From Octopus sinensis (lineage: Eukaryota): a stretch of DNA of 64,000 nt. The DNA is taken from the NCBI RefSeq assembly GCF_006345805.1, contig NC_042999.1:133672001-133736000 (forward strand). Direction: 5' to 3'. A program made the position numbers and the translations under genes. The first letter of the stretch is position 1, and every line of letters starts with the position of its first letter. The notes beneath the pieces were generated by a model. The model had not been told where the DNA came from. It searched no databases and was given only the letters and a program-made list of their open reading frames with translations. Below are positions 25,810 to 39,750 of the stretch, piece by piece.

Positions 25810-26280
25810 TGGGTGACTTCTCATCTTCCGACTGATTTGGAGCACCTGATTTATGGATTTCTCACTCTACCCTTGGAGTACGTTACCTCTAAATTCCTTC
25901 GGAGTACATTCTTTCTGCACTTTTGATTGTGAATCATTATAATTTGTCCGTGACTCTTCCACTTCACTTCACTTCATTCTTCTTCAGTTCTCCTTCCTTC
26001 CTTACCCCTTCTCTTCTCTCCGTCACCCACACCTACACCACCTCACCATGCCTCACTATTCTGTCTCCAAAAACCACTTCCTCTATCTCTTCCAACTTCC
26101 CTTCATTTCAGCAATATAACCACACACGTGCCGTTGGTAATTTCTTTTCCTTCTTTGGACTTTCATTTCTCTTTTCCGACGAAGAGCTATGCTCGAAACA
26201 TCAAGGTTTCTCTTTTCACCTTTTGAACGTCCACTTGTTGTCCGTTAATGGTGTTATTCGTATTTTCTTAAAATTGATTG
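25810..26280 (+). mobile_element. Decayed PLE 3' end (GIY-YIG tip plus pseudo-LTR)
   Basis: EHLIYGFLTL resembles the PLE endonuclease C-terminal EQ.LIF.L.TL motif, and a hammerhead-like motif follows on the same strand. Confidence 0.45.
26172..26206 (+). ncRNA. Minimal hammerhead-like motif, U4C variant
   Basis: TTTT-CCGACGA-A-GAGC-TAT-GCTC-GAAAC-ATC-AAGG. Same architecture as 50276-50311. Confidence 0.55.
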
Positions 26281-26330
26281 TTTATTTGAATTGTCTCTCT
26301 CTCTCTCTCTCTCTCTCTCCTCTCTTTCTT

Positions 26331-26370
<40 letters not shown>

Positions 26371-26384
26371 ATATATATATATAT

Positions 26385-26415
<31 letters not shown>

Positions 26416-27032
26416 CCACGGTGTTCCACGTAGTTTCCATCTACCAAATTCTCTCATTGCTGGCACCATTGGCCACTATCACAATACATGTCCGAACAGA
26501 ACAATATGATCTTACAATTTTATATTTCAGATGGAAACTCTGATTTAAACGAATGCTTTCGACAAAGAATTGAATTTGAGTCGAGCTATTGGTTTCCGTG
26601 TTAAGTACTTTTTTTTTTAGCTATAATAGTTGTAACATTTGCTTAAAATGAGAGAGTATGCTTAGACCACAAGGATGTCCTTTCCGCTGTACAAAGGCAG
26701 GCAAATGCCAGCCGTTGAAATAGGGAACTCTAACACCACTGGAACTTGCCATTTTGAACACAAAAGCAAAATAAAATTAGTGGGAAACCAAGAAGAATGA
26801 AAGATGCAACAATGCTGACAATCACATGCTCTACAAACACTTCCTTACTATGTTTGATCCCAGCTGTCTCATGCAAGGATTGGCATTCTCAGTCATCAAA
26901 CCATCAACGCAGAGGAACTATCAGCAGAAAAATAAAAATCTCCTATACCAGCAACCGCCTACACGACAATATTATAGTCTGTATATAAACATATATATAC
27001 ATATGTGTGTATGTGCATTTGGGCATATACAG

Positions 27033-27067
<35 letters not shown>

Positions 27068-27161
27068 GTGTATAGGGGAGAGAGAGAGGGATAAAGATAA
27101 ATAGATAGATAGATAGATAGGTTGATAGATAGGTAGATAGATAGATATATTGATAGATAGG

Positions 27162-27230
<69 letters not shown>

Positions 27231-28609
27231 GTAAACACTTATCAGATATTACTTATTGATGACTTCTTTACTCTTTTCTTTTCACTTCTCACTGATTAAA
27301 GGTTTTTTTTTCCTCAAATGCAGCTATAAATTTTTTAAGCTACATTTATACTCATTCAGTTGATACTTTCTTTTATTCTATCACATTTATGCAACATTTG
27401 CAAACCGTTTCATATTTTTTTCATATACGTAATTATAGCATTTTGCATACGATTATATAATCTGCAATTTTTGTTCTGTTAAATTCAATCAGCACTAGTT
27501 ATGATATTCAAAAACACTACTATACGTCCATTTACCTAGCCATTCATCTCTCCATCCCTCCAATTATCTTTCTATTCATGTATACATACACACACTCATA
27601 CATACATACATATTCTAGTAACAAAAATAAATACATCAAGTGCTCAAAAATGGAGAGAATAATATCTGTAGTAATTGCTGAACTCAAGAAATACTTCCTG
27701 ATGACCTTCCATGCGGACGCAGAATTGCTTCTATGACAAGTATATCTCAACAAAGCTCTGGTAGAAAAAACCCTGACTGCATAAGTAATTACATACACAC
27801 TACAAAAAGATGATACATAGGTATCCAGTTAACTTAAGGAGGATGAAATATTAACACGACGTGTAGCCGTACATGGGCTTGTGACTGTTACATCAAGTAA
27901 TATGTATGAGGTTACGCTTTTGCAATCCCAGAGCAGAAGATAACACATGGAGCATGGAAGGCCTACAAATCTCAAGATGTAACCCCAAATGTCAATTAAG
28001 TCATTTTTTTCCGTGGAAGCTGCTGAAAAATATCGTCGAAGTAGTGATATGATGTTTGTGGAACAAAATACAATGCTATACACTGAAGAGATTGTCCTGG
28101 GATGAATACTAAAAGTACCTCTGCTACTGAATCAAAAAGAGGATCTAAGATCCCTCTTGAGTCATAAGCCAATTCGCGTCTAGAGAGGGAAAAGAGTAAA
28201 TACTTCATAAGGATAGCCAAGGCGTGCGAAAGAAACTGCAAACCTAAGGAGTTAAGAGCGAATCGTCTGTAAGTGGTGCATAGTTAGAGCAGTTGGACTG
28301 AACACAGCGCGATTCGAATTATAGTACGATCCAAAGTAATCCAGGCATTCCTGATAGAATCAATGCTGCTCAACATCGTCAGAAGATGCTGAAATTATCG
28401 TGATCTCCAGACGAAAGCTAATGAAGCCAGTGTCATTGATGCAAGCTGTATTTGTCTGTATACATACATACATACATACATACATACATACATACATACA
28501 TACATACATACATACATACATGGTGGCTGCCCCCTCGTTATCGAGTATGGCCATTGCACGAAGTTTAATCAATGTTATCGTGCAATGCCTGTGCAAGAAG
28601 TTTTTTTTT

Positions 28610-29075
28610 TAAAGTGAGGAAAGGCTGTGCACTGAGTCAATCCCACTCACTAAGCAACAGCGGCCATAATCCGAAAAGAAGAACAAGTCAACATCATCGG
28701 TAACCACTGAACCGCAGGTTTTATGTCGGAGTTATCTCAGTTACCTGAGTTACCTTCTCCTAGAAGGATGCCCTAACAAAGGCTAGGAGTCCTTCACTCC
28801 CAATGGTTTAACTGCGCAATCGGGTATTCAATCCGATAATTTCTATGTCCCCGCGCATGATACAGCTTTAAGACATTTATTGGATGGCAGCTGATTCTCA
28901 AGAGTTCCTCCGCCCTTTGACGGGTTTTGTTTTTCATCCCGCAGGTTGTCCAATAAACACCCTCCTTACCAAGCAAGCTTGGTGGGGTTGCCGGTTTAGT
29001 CGCCGACGACCCGACATGCAACAGTTTGTACTGGGTTACATCTTACCTGTAGCACTCGAAAGTGACCTGACATAA
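28610..29075 (-). mobile_element. Probable 5' UTR of an RTE-type LINE
   Basis: GC-richer block. The minus strand carries ggcgactaaaccggcaaccccacc and cctagcctttgttagggcatccttctaggagaaggtaactc, motifs I recognise from RTE-clade 5' UTRs. No ORF follows. Confidence 0.5.
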
Positions 29076-29575
29076 CGTACATACATACATACATACATAC
29101 ATACATACATACATACATACATACATACATACATACATACACGCAATTTTGCGGATAAACAAATTAGACATCAAATATATTAAATTTATTTAACATCAAA
29201 TACAAAATATGTATATATGTATATATGCAAAACGAGAGGAAACAAAAAGTGGTAACTTTCAGATTCCCTGTAAAGACATCGGAATCTTAGTTTGAATCGT
29301 TTGAGCACTACTAAGTGGATCTCATCTGTCTACTATACATATTTGTGTGTGTTTGTGTATATATATATATATGGGGGAAGGGTGTATACGATGTTCAATT
29401 AAAAAAGGAGGAATCACCAGAAAAGTGTTTCAAGCTGAGTGTTGTTTCTGTTTCCAATGGTCAAAGAGTATTATCAAGCTACACACACACACACACACAC
29501 TCCACACACATACATACATACTACACACACACACACACACACACACAACACACACACACACACACACACACATAA

Positions 29576-29641
<66 letters not shown>

Positions 29642-29768
29642 TATATATTGTTATATTTCGGAATGGTCATATTGCCAGTTTAGCCAATAAAAACACACGC
29701 ACTATATATTTGGTGTTATTTTGCTTCAGTGATATTTATTTTTTACATTAATCTTAATCTTATTTCGG

Positions 29769-29808
29769 CCAAAGTTCTTTCGTCACACTCCTGTGACCGC
29801 ATCAGTGG
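29769..29808 (-). ncRNA. Hammerhead-like motif (A9C variant) in the inverted 5' pseudo-LTR
   Basis: CCA-CTGATGC-G-GTCAC-AGGAGT-GTGAC-GAAA-GAAC-TT-TGG. Confidence 0.6.
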
Positions 29809-29946
29809 TCCTTTGTTTTCTTCTCACTTACTTGTGTCTCTCCTTACTAACCGTCAGCCATTTTATATTTCTATTGTATGTCTTCATTTGCGCATGTTTA
29901 TATCTCTATGTGCGTCTATGTTTATTTAGTGTGTGTGTGGGGGGAC

Positions 29947-31130
29947 AGAAGGCTTAAAGAATGCCTACTGCAGAAATCCATACTCGTAAACATGTACTCT
30001 CGCTATGTTGATGATATCAATATAGTAGTAAAGGCACCCCCACAAGAGAGTACTGTTGATATAGTAATAGAAACTAATACTATGGAGAGCATCCAGCAAA
30101 TAGCTAACTCCATCCACCAGAGTATTAAGGTCACAATAGACTACCCCACTAAACACCCCAACCATAGACTACCAGTACTAGACACTGAACTCTGGCTAGA
30201 AATTGTGAAAAATAAAACCCAAATCCTTCATTCATACTATGCAAAACCTATGGCCTCAAAATACCTGATCCACCGGAACTCAGCCATTGCGGGCAATACC
30301 AAATTCAATATTTTGATGGCAGACCTCGTCAGAATAATGAGAAATGTGTCACGCATGTGCGAGCCTACAGAATTAAAGAGACACATACAGTACTTCATTC
30401 ACCGCATGCAGTTCTCAGGTTACAGCCATAAAGAAAGGATCAGAGTATACATGAAGAAATTTGATAATATATTATGTAATGATAGGAATGGGATTTGCCC
30501 ACTCTATAGGAACAAGTCATGGAACACTATAGAAAGGACAAAAAAGAAAATAGGGAAGGCCAACTCTTGGTATGATAGCCATAAATACCAGAGTGTCATG
30601 TTCGTTGACACCACCCCTGGAGGTGAACTAGCGTACCGCTTTAGAAGGACCCTAGATAAACTTAAACTAAGAATTAAGGTTGTTGAAAAGCCAGGCAACC
30701 CTATCAGATCTATAATTGGTAGAAGCTATCCTTTTAGTAGAACTCTCTGTACGGATAACTATTGCACTGTATGTAGATTTAGCCCACAAACGAACTGTAA
30801 AGCCAGAAATGTGGTCTATAGTATAAGATGTATAGAGGGACGATGCAGTAACAAGACAGTAACATACGTAGGGGAAACTGCAAGAAGCATTGGTGAGCGG
30901 GTGAATGAACATTGGAGACACTCAAGGAAGGTAAAAGCTCATCGATTCTGTACCAACACGCCGAACAAGAACACGGGGGATCAATCAATAACATAGAGAT
31001 TAAGATATTGTCCACACATAGAACAGATGCAACAATTAGACAAATTACAGAAGCTACACATATAATAGAAAATAAACCTAGCCTGAATAGAAAACTAGAA
31101 TGGAGCAATAGCGCACACCACAACATATGA
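29947..31130 (+). CDS. PLE polyprotein C-terminal part: RT palm/thumb and GIY-YIG endonuclease, with one frameshift near 30911
   Basis: YSRYVDDI at 30001-30015, LPVLDTELW, YAKPMAS, RMQFSGY, Cys linker CTDNYCTVC, NVVYSIRC..C..YVGETARSIGERVNEH. It continues in another frame as ETLKEGKSSSILYQHAEQEH..RQITEATHIIENKPSLN. Confidence 0.9.
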
Positions 31131-31645
31131 CAATAGTGGATCCTGCAAACGTAATAAATACACAGGTAATTAAAGAAATAGAAATGAATATCTATATATA
31201 TGTATATGTGTATATATATGTATATGTATATGTGTATATATGTGTGTGTATATGTATATATATATATATGTATATGTATGTGTATGTATATATATGTATA
31301 TGTATATTCTTTTTTTTTTTTTTTTTTGTTCGATTAGATTTATTATTATTATTACTAATATTGTGTTATACATACATACAAGCATATGTAATGATAATAA
31401 TGGGTGGATGTAAACACATGAACAAAATTAGAACAAAAGCAACAACAACAAAAACAAAATACAAATTACAAGAATGTATATAACCAGAAGATACAAATAT
31501 TACAGCATCCCCCCCACACAAACACTAAATAAACATAGACGCACATAGAGATATAAACATGCGCAAATGAAGACATACAATAGAAATATAAAATGGCTGA
31601 CGGTTAGTAAGGAGAGACACAAGTAAGTGAGAAGAAAACAAAGGA

Positions 31646-31685
31646 CCACTGATGCGGTCACAGGAGTGTAACGAAAGAACTTTGG
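31646..31685 (+). ncRNA. Hammerhead-like motif (A9C variant) in the 3' pseudo-LTR, sense to the ORF
   Basis: Same as the 5' copy except GTAAC replaces GTGAC, breaking one stem II pair. Confidence 0.55.
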
Positions 31686-33673
31686 CCGAAATAAGATTAA
31701 GATTAATGTAAAAAATAAATATCACTGAAGCAAAATAACACCAAATATATAGTGCGTGTGTTTTTATTGGCTAAACTGGCAATATGACCATTCCGAAATA
31801 TAACAATATCTGTTTCAACACACGACTTCACATAAAAAATCTTGCACAACAAATATTTAAACGTACTATATATATATATATATATATATATAAGTAAGCA
31901 CTGCTTCTCGGAATTAGCGCTCCAGTTCAGCCATCCAACTTGGGATAACTTGAGAGATAATGTTTAATAGCTATTCTGCCTCAAAGAACAACCGACCCCA
32001 ATCTGTCTATAGACCAAAAGATATTACATTCAAACCGCACTTACGTGGCGAACGTTTAGGCAATTGATTAAACTCTGGGAAAGTGAAGAAGTGGCATTAT
32101 TACTGTAATATCTCGAGTGCTTTCGTAAAGTTGACAGAAATGTGGTGAGAATTGAAAGCAGCCATAGTGCCTTGTTTAAAGTAAAATCTAATTCTCATCA
32201 GGAGACTGTTGAGCAGACACGTAATGCTAGATCTAATGAAAATTGCAAAGATGTGGAATTACTTAAATACGTGGTGAAAAATTATCTAATGAAGATCTCG
32301 TATTGGTAGAACAGTACTGTGTTTAAAAACAATGAAATATTAGCCTGAGGCATAAAGCTACAGTCATTTTCACCGAGAAAGACACTCAAAGAGTGAGACG
32401 TTACGAAACAAAGAGGTTAATATGTACAAATGTTACATGGAATGCTATATATTGGCGAAAAGAATCTACGACACCAAAATTGGATAAGATTTTTTTAAAG
32501 CAAATAATTATCTTACTAATTTTCTTGAATACATGACGATGAAACATGTGTTTCTAGATGCTGTTGAGCCTTGATTATCCCGAAGAAATTTCACTCGTTT
32601 TTATCATCGAACTTATTGTAAAATTAGTTTCGCTTTACATCGTTTTCATTAACGACGCACCTTAAAAAAAAAACCTATGAACAATGTGAAGTACCAACTA
32701 ACAATGTATATGAATTGGTGTGTCTAGGCGAGTCATTGTGTTTGTGCTTGTGTACTGACAGGTTGTTTGCGCTACTGAAAACCCAACATTCTCTGTTACG
32801 TGCTTGTCAACGAAAAACTGGCGACTGTACTGACCTTACTTGGTGAGAATGGTGATTTTCAGACATTGCCGGTCAAAAAACAAGGCCTATCAAATGTCCG
32901 ATGAATTCTTAGTAACCAACGCCTATCCAATATGTGCATACTTACGTTTGTGTATAGCTAGTGGTAGATCTGTATTTTATAAAAATGAGGCATGGAAACA
33001 AAAGTTAAATTTCCAAAATGGCTACAATTCTACTGCTTCAAAGTTTGCGACAGCAAGCCAATGAAGAAGCAACTATCATGCGAGGCTATAAGCCATGGTT
33101 CAAGAAAAACATCTTGTATGATACTCTTTCAACTGAGCCACGCAAGTGATGTTTTGTGACGTCTAGAAAAAGAAGTTCCGCTAGTTTAGCATCTGCTGAT
33201 TATCTACATTTCTTCCAAATATCGAACATTATGAAGTGGAATCATGTATCAGCAGTTACTTCCTTCTTTTAAGGAAATGCTCTGAACACAGCATCTTTGT
33301 AATCAACACAAATTTTCACCACCTTCCAAACAGCTAAAAGCGAAGATCGCAATCACCCTCTGACAAAGCTGGTGTAACCGAACATTAGTATGAGTGGTCT
33401 CTAGCAAATACTTCTCTACCAGAACCAATAAATGGAAAAATCTTCTCTCAGACTTACTTTCTCTTTTTCACCTTTTTTTTTTCGTTTTTATTTGCGACTG
33501 GTAGGTATCTACAAATTTGATGAACAAGCTAATACGCGCACACACAGATACGTACACATACTTATCCACATACACATACGCATATATATGAGCGTAATGA
33601 ATACTAGTACTTTTATATATGGGTATGCATGGATGTACATATACGTACGTACATACATGCATACATACCTACA

Positions 33674-33725
<52 letters not shown>

Positions 33726-33728
33726 ATA

Positions 33729-33837
<109 letters not shown>

Positions 33838-35175
33838 TATACATATTGTAGGTATGTATGTATGCATGTATGTACGTACGTATATGTATATATATGTATA
33901 TATATGTACATATATATATATTACACACACACTTACACATTCACATGCACACAAACAAACACACACACACAATTTCGGTTACATGACAAAAGTTCCATTT
34001 TAGCAAATCATAATGAGGATTTTTCCTCCCTCCCATAGAGAAACTTTCTACATGATATAATTAGATTTCGCATTTTGCAATGGTGAGCATCGATAAACTA
34101 GATTTTGTATGTGATACACTTCTCCTCATGATTTTATAACATATATATAAAAGACATCGGTAAGGAAAAAAAACAACTTTTGATAAAAAAAAAATATCTT
34201 ACGATTAATCGACTCTCTCTTTCTCCTCTTCTCTCATTCCCTTTCCCCCTCTCTCCCTCTCTGTCTTTTCTTTCTTTCTCTCTCTCTCTCTCTCTCTCTC
34301 TCAGTCTCTCTCCCATGTGACATATTCGATCGATCTTTATTGTTGATATCTCGCTAAGATGCAATTCCAGTAATAATCGTTGTTTGGAATTAAATAACAA
34401 GTACGCAAAGATCTCTATTTTGATAGAAGATATTTCAGATTAGTCGGCAACAGAAAAAAGCGGCAGTTTTTATTGGATAATAAGTATTAAAGATGTGCAA
34501 ATCGTGATAAACTGGAGTTTTTCATTTGATTAAGAAAGAGCAATAGTTTTGTATTTGATTAAATGGCTTGGCAGAATTTTACATTTACTGTCACCATTTA
34601 GCAAGAATACTTCTGAGTGAATTAAAAAAAAAAAGAAAAGGAAAGAAAAAGTAGCGGGGAGAAAAAAAAAATTTAAGAAGGAAATATGAAGAAGAATGGA
34701 TGTAAATGTGACTACGAGGAAGGAAGAGTGGAAGAAAAGAAAATGAAACGAAAGGAAGGAGTAAGAACTAAAGGAAGGAAAGAAATGATGATGATGATGA
34801 TCATCATCATCATCATCATCATATTCATCATCATCATCGCAATCATCACTGTCGTCATCGTCGTCGTCATCATCGTCATCATCATGGAAGAAGATGGGAG
34901 GAAACGGAAGAGGAAGAGATAGGAGACAGAACATTGAAGACACAAGCTCTAGAAAATGGAAGACAAGAAGAAAGGAGTGATTAAAAAGTTTTATTGGTCG
35001 AATGAGATGAAATAATAATAACTTAGAGAAGTATTTTATGTATGTATTATGTATGTGTGTATATACACACAAATATATATATATACATAGAAATATATAT
35101 TTATACACATATATATTATATATATATACATATATATATACGCATATATTTATATATATATATATATAAAAAAAA

Positions 35176-35246
<71 letters not shown>

Positions 35247-35591
35247 TATAACATTCGAAGTGTTATAGTGTTATGTTAGGCAAATGACATCGAAACAAAA
35301 AGTCGAAAGGTGAGAATATACGTGGCAATGTGAACGTAGCTAACGGAATGAGGGAAAAAAAACGAGTGTGCGTGTGTGTATGAGTGTGAGAGTGTGTGTG
35401 AGTGAGAGAGAGAGATAGAAAGAAAGGAAAAGATAGAGACAGAAAGAAAGAGAAAAGGATGGATAAGAAAGTGAAAGAAGTGATGAAGATCTACAAACAC
35501 CTAATAAATATATCGCCTTTCAACTTGCTTTGATAGATAACGTTTCTATACGCATCTAACGACATTATTATTACATCATATCATGTATATA

Positions 35592-35635
<44 letters not shown>

Positions 35636-36149
35636 CACACATAATATATATATATACACACACATACATATATGTTTTATATATATATATAATATATATA
35701 TATAAATATATATATATACACACTATATATATATATAATATAATATATTATATATATAATATATATATATACAAACACATATGTATAAACACAAGTATAT
35801 ATATGTGTATATATATATACCTACAAATATAAATGTATATATATTATATGTATGGTGTATGTATGTATGTATGTATGTATGTATGTATGTATGTATGCGC
35901 GTGTGTTTATATGTATGCGTAGTAGAAGTCATAATTGACTACACGTAGGCTCAAAATCGTCAGGGTACTAGCTACAAGTTGTCGATCCATAGTGTTTTCG
36001 ATTCAGCCTCTTAACATATCAAGGTTCTTGTTTTGACCCCGTACACCATAGCAAAACCAATGAAAGACGTCGTTAAATCCTGCTAGACGAGTCATTCCCG
36101 ATAGTTTGGATGTTGGACAGAAACAGCTAATCAGGTGTACATGAACTAC

Positions 36150-36470
36150 TCCAGTTTGTACTTTTAAAGCTCAGACTTTAAATATTATAAGTCATGTAGA
36201 AAAAGCAGTTACTTGCGCAAAACGGTAGCGATTGATATCCTTATTATACAAGAGCACAAAATCTTTCATCACGACGTTGACATTAACTATAACGAATCTA
36301 TTGATGAGTACAGACAAATTCCCTCATTTGCGGACAAGAATAGAGTTAAAAGATCTATTGAGAGATATAGTTTTCTCCCCTTGCCAAGAGCAATTCATAA
36401 CGTCTTATATACAGTTTTTAAATATTTATTAACGGCAGAGAGGTAATACTTATCTCCACTTAAACATGAT
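36150..36470 (+). pseudogene. Decayed apurinic-like endonuclease (APE) domain of a LINE
   Basis: CTFKAQTL..(frameshift)..AIDILIIQEHK matches the APE N-terminal motifs TFN.RTL and DI+.IQE. Confidence 0.65.
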
Positions 36471-37021
36471 TGTTCACTTAGAACAGTCTATAACGGTAGT
36501 TATCATGAAAGAAACCTTGATATTGGTTTTTTTTGGTGCAAAATACATTCTTGTTGATATCGCTAGCGGGGAGATAAAAGCCCGTCACCCCTAACACCGA
36601 GACCACCACTTCGCGTGATTTCGAGCTTTCTATCCATATTTAAGTAGGAATAAACATTACGCCTCGGTATTAATACTGCCCCCGTCGTTAATAAATATTC
36701 TTTAACAAGCTAATCGCAACTCCATCGCCTGTTCTGGCACTGTTACTCTCTATATCGCTGGCGGGGAGGAATCGCTGCTATCTCTAAGCGACAGAGCGTT
36801 CATCATTGACAAGACCAAAGAAGGGCGAAATCACGTGGTCTGGTGCGCAATTTGCACCAAAAACAAATATAAGTGTCTCTCATGGAAACTACTACAGTAT
36901 AGACTGTTCTATAAGAACATCCACATTTAAATGGGGATGAACATTACCTCTTACATACGGTGTATATACTTTATGGACTCAAACATGTACTAAAATAAGT
37001 CGAAAGGTAAGCTACTATAAA

Positions 37022-37213
<192 letters not shown>

Positions 37214-37592
37214 TATATATATATGTATGTATATATATTTATATATATATATATATTATATATATTTGCATATGCATACAGCGTTGGCTAAAATTTTTAT
37301 TGATCTAATCTGTAGTGCTGCGTAGTACAGTACTATAGCAAAATAGTGCTAATGCATCAGTCCTGTAATTTATTAATAACTATTGAGTCTCTCTCCCTGC
37401 ATTAGTCTATGAATAATTAAAGCCAAGTTGCAACGTAATGGGGATGTGGATCACTGACGGGAAAAAATATCAGAGCAGATGTTATAATGAATATGCAGAC
37501 AAACAGCTAAACTGATTGATGAACAGACAGACAGCCTTTACCGAGTTCAAATGTCAAATGTTACATTGGTGGTGTCAACGGCATAGAGACTA

Positions 37593-37630
<38 letters not shown>

Positions 37631-38416
37631 AGGAAGAGAGAGTTCTCGGTGGTGTGACAAGAAATCAAAGATGGAAGACAACCCAAGGATTATGTTTCTG
37701 CTCTAGACGGACAATGTCACTCAAAGCGAATTATAAATAAGGCTTAAGGACATTCATTTATGTCTCCGATAGCTTGCTAATTAGAACTAACACGTCGTTA
37801 TTTCCGGCTCTAAAAACGCTCTGGTATAGAATTAACCACGTGATTTATAATATTAGCTGATCATCTTCTGTTAACCACGAACTTAAAAACTACTATTATC
37901 ACAGGGTTTGTTTGTAGTGACTTTGTTGAATGCTGCTGCTGCTGATGCTGCTGCTGCTGTCAATCCGTTCAATTGTTGCTCATTAATGTTTATGTGGTTC
38001 ATAAGAGTATTGAAGGTGGTAGTTATTGATGACGATGATGATGATGATGATGAGAAGAAGGAAGAAAAGGAGGTAGAGGGTAGGAGAGGTGGGAGGATGA
38101 GGGGGAAGAAGAGAAGAGGAGAGGAGGAGTGGGATATTTATATAAATGTTAATAATTTTAGCAGTCATCACGACCATCATCAAGGTTATTGTCGTCGTCG
38201 TCATCGTCATCGTCATCAATAATGTTTAACATCATTATCATGATCGTCATCGTCCCCAAAGATTTACGGGTGTTATACATACACAAAAATTCATGCCCAA
38301 AATTTACCAACCAAGTGTGTTTAGGCCCCAAAATTAAATATTCATTCGCTTCTCAAGATATTGAATATATTTCTCCTGACTGTAAGTCCAAATGTACTCT
38401 CTCTTTCTCTTTCTCT

Positions 38417-38454
<38 letters not shown>

Positions 38455-38526
38455 TATATATATATAGTTTCATACATACACAGATAAATACATACACACG
38501 CATTGACATATACATTTAAAAAATTT

Positions 38527-38757
38527 TATTTCTTTATTGCCCACAGTGGGCTAAACACAGAGGAGACAAACAAGGACAGACATAAGGATTAAGTCGATTA
38601 CATCGACCCCAGTGCGTAACTGGTTCTTAGTTAATCAACCCCGAAAGGATGAAAGGCTAAGTCGACCTCGGCAAAATTTGAACTCAGAACGTAACGGCAG
38701 ACGAACTACCGCTAAGCATTTTGCCCCGCGTGCTAACGATTCTGCCAACTCGCCGTC
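38527..38757 (-). mobile_element. SINE family A, young subfamily
   Basis: Full copy. Confidence 0.9.
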
Positions 38758-38929
38758 CATTGACATATACATTGATACACACAACACACACATAAACTTA
38801 CTTAGTAATGGATCCGTGGGGTTCAATCATATAATAATATAAATAAATATAAATATATATATATATATATATGCATATATATACATACATATATGTGCAT
38901 ACATACATATGTATGTATATGCATATGGG

Positions 38930-39225
38930 TACAGGACGTCACAAAACGTAAGCAACATGATATACGAAAACAACTTGAAATACGAAGACAAACTTGGGTA
39001 TGCGAACAACGAGAGAAACAAATGGAAAACAAGACAAGTAACATAAAGAACGACCCTTCATCAGTTGTCGGCTGTCCATCTACTCTCCGTTTCGAACAAA
39101 TAACGACAATATGAAGCTTCGAAAGGCAGTTGCTCCCGCGAACCAAAATAAAATTCGGAATTTGCGGAGGGTCAAAGATGGTAACAAAAACAGGACAGTG
39201 GAGACATACAACAAACTGGATCCAC
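38930..39225 (-). repeat. Dispersed repeat, probably a PLE pseudo-LTR; second copy at ~54945-55200 (+)
   Basis: Both copies share ctgtcctgtttttgttacca.ctttgaccctccg..acagccgacaactgatgaagggtcgttctttatgt.acttgtcttgttttccatttgtttc. Confidence 0.75.
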
Positions 39226-39750
39226 ATAATGTTCTTGATGATTCACTGTAAAATGGCGATTTAGATTAGAATATGCAGGCCATTCATCTGAATGAATTAC
39301 TGAATCTTTTTTCACGTTCCTATTCAATGATTGGTAATAGAGTGTTTCTGTCACGCCGTTGCTCATAGAAGTATCGACAGTCAGAAAACCCAAGTACCAT
39401 CAATTCTACGTTCCAGCAATCTGACGCCGTTGATGATGAGAAACAATTTTTCCGCACACCTCTCTGCACATATTATACCAGTCATTTCCATACTGGAAGA
39501 CTTTACCATTAGAGCCACTGCTTTATTCATATGTGACTCTATTACGAAAAAGAATACCAGCGCTAAAATCATGCACAAACTCAAATTGCTGTGCAACTTG
39601 TTGATGTCCGTATAATGAATAAGAAAAACAACCTATTACCTTTCTGAACAGAACGCGAAGTTTGACACCTTTTTCAAGGACAGCGAAATATAGGCCGGTT
39701 TCCTCCATTTCTGTCATGTTTTCGCTTTTCTTGCACGACGTTATCACATC
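39226..39750 (-). pseudogene. Merlin (IS1595/ISXO2-like DDE) transposase remnant
   Basis: Minus-strand frames give DWYNMCREVC...QIAG, DGTWVF and VIHSDEWPAYSNLNRHFTVNHQEHYVDP, which are diagnostic Merlin/ISXO2 motifs. The first-D region is deleted, and the sequence ends after VDP at the adjacent repeat. Confidence 0.85.

Larger units (their letters stand above)
29645..31809 (+). mobile_element. 5'-truncated Penelope-like element with inverted pseudo-LTRs (29645-29945 and 31508-31809)
   Basis: ~300-bp inverted repeats, nearly identical, flank an RT plus GIY-YIG ORF. The left end abuts (TA)n. Confidence 0.95.

Noticed and set aside
26640-26970. Possible PLE fragment (KDWH...KIKISY)
   Set aside because: One short motif only.
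27600-28260. Complex sequence that could be a host exon
   Set aside because: Stops in all frames, and no recognisable domain or convincing splice-bounded frame.
33385-33410. CTGACAA...CCGAAC hammerhead-like string
   Set aside because: Unpaired 3:8 positions, incomplete GAAA and no stem I.
36078-36135. CTAGACGA...GAAAC-AGCT hammerhead-like string
   Set aside because: The core has an insertion, there is no NUH triplet, and it lies in a LINE 5' region; probably chance.
39040-39130. CTGATGA in the 38930/54945 repeat family as a type-II hammerhead
   Set aside because: Stems could not be closed consistently in both copies, and any ancestral ribozyme core upstream is degenerate.
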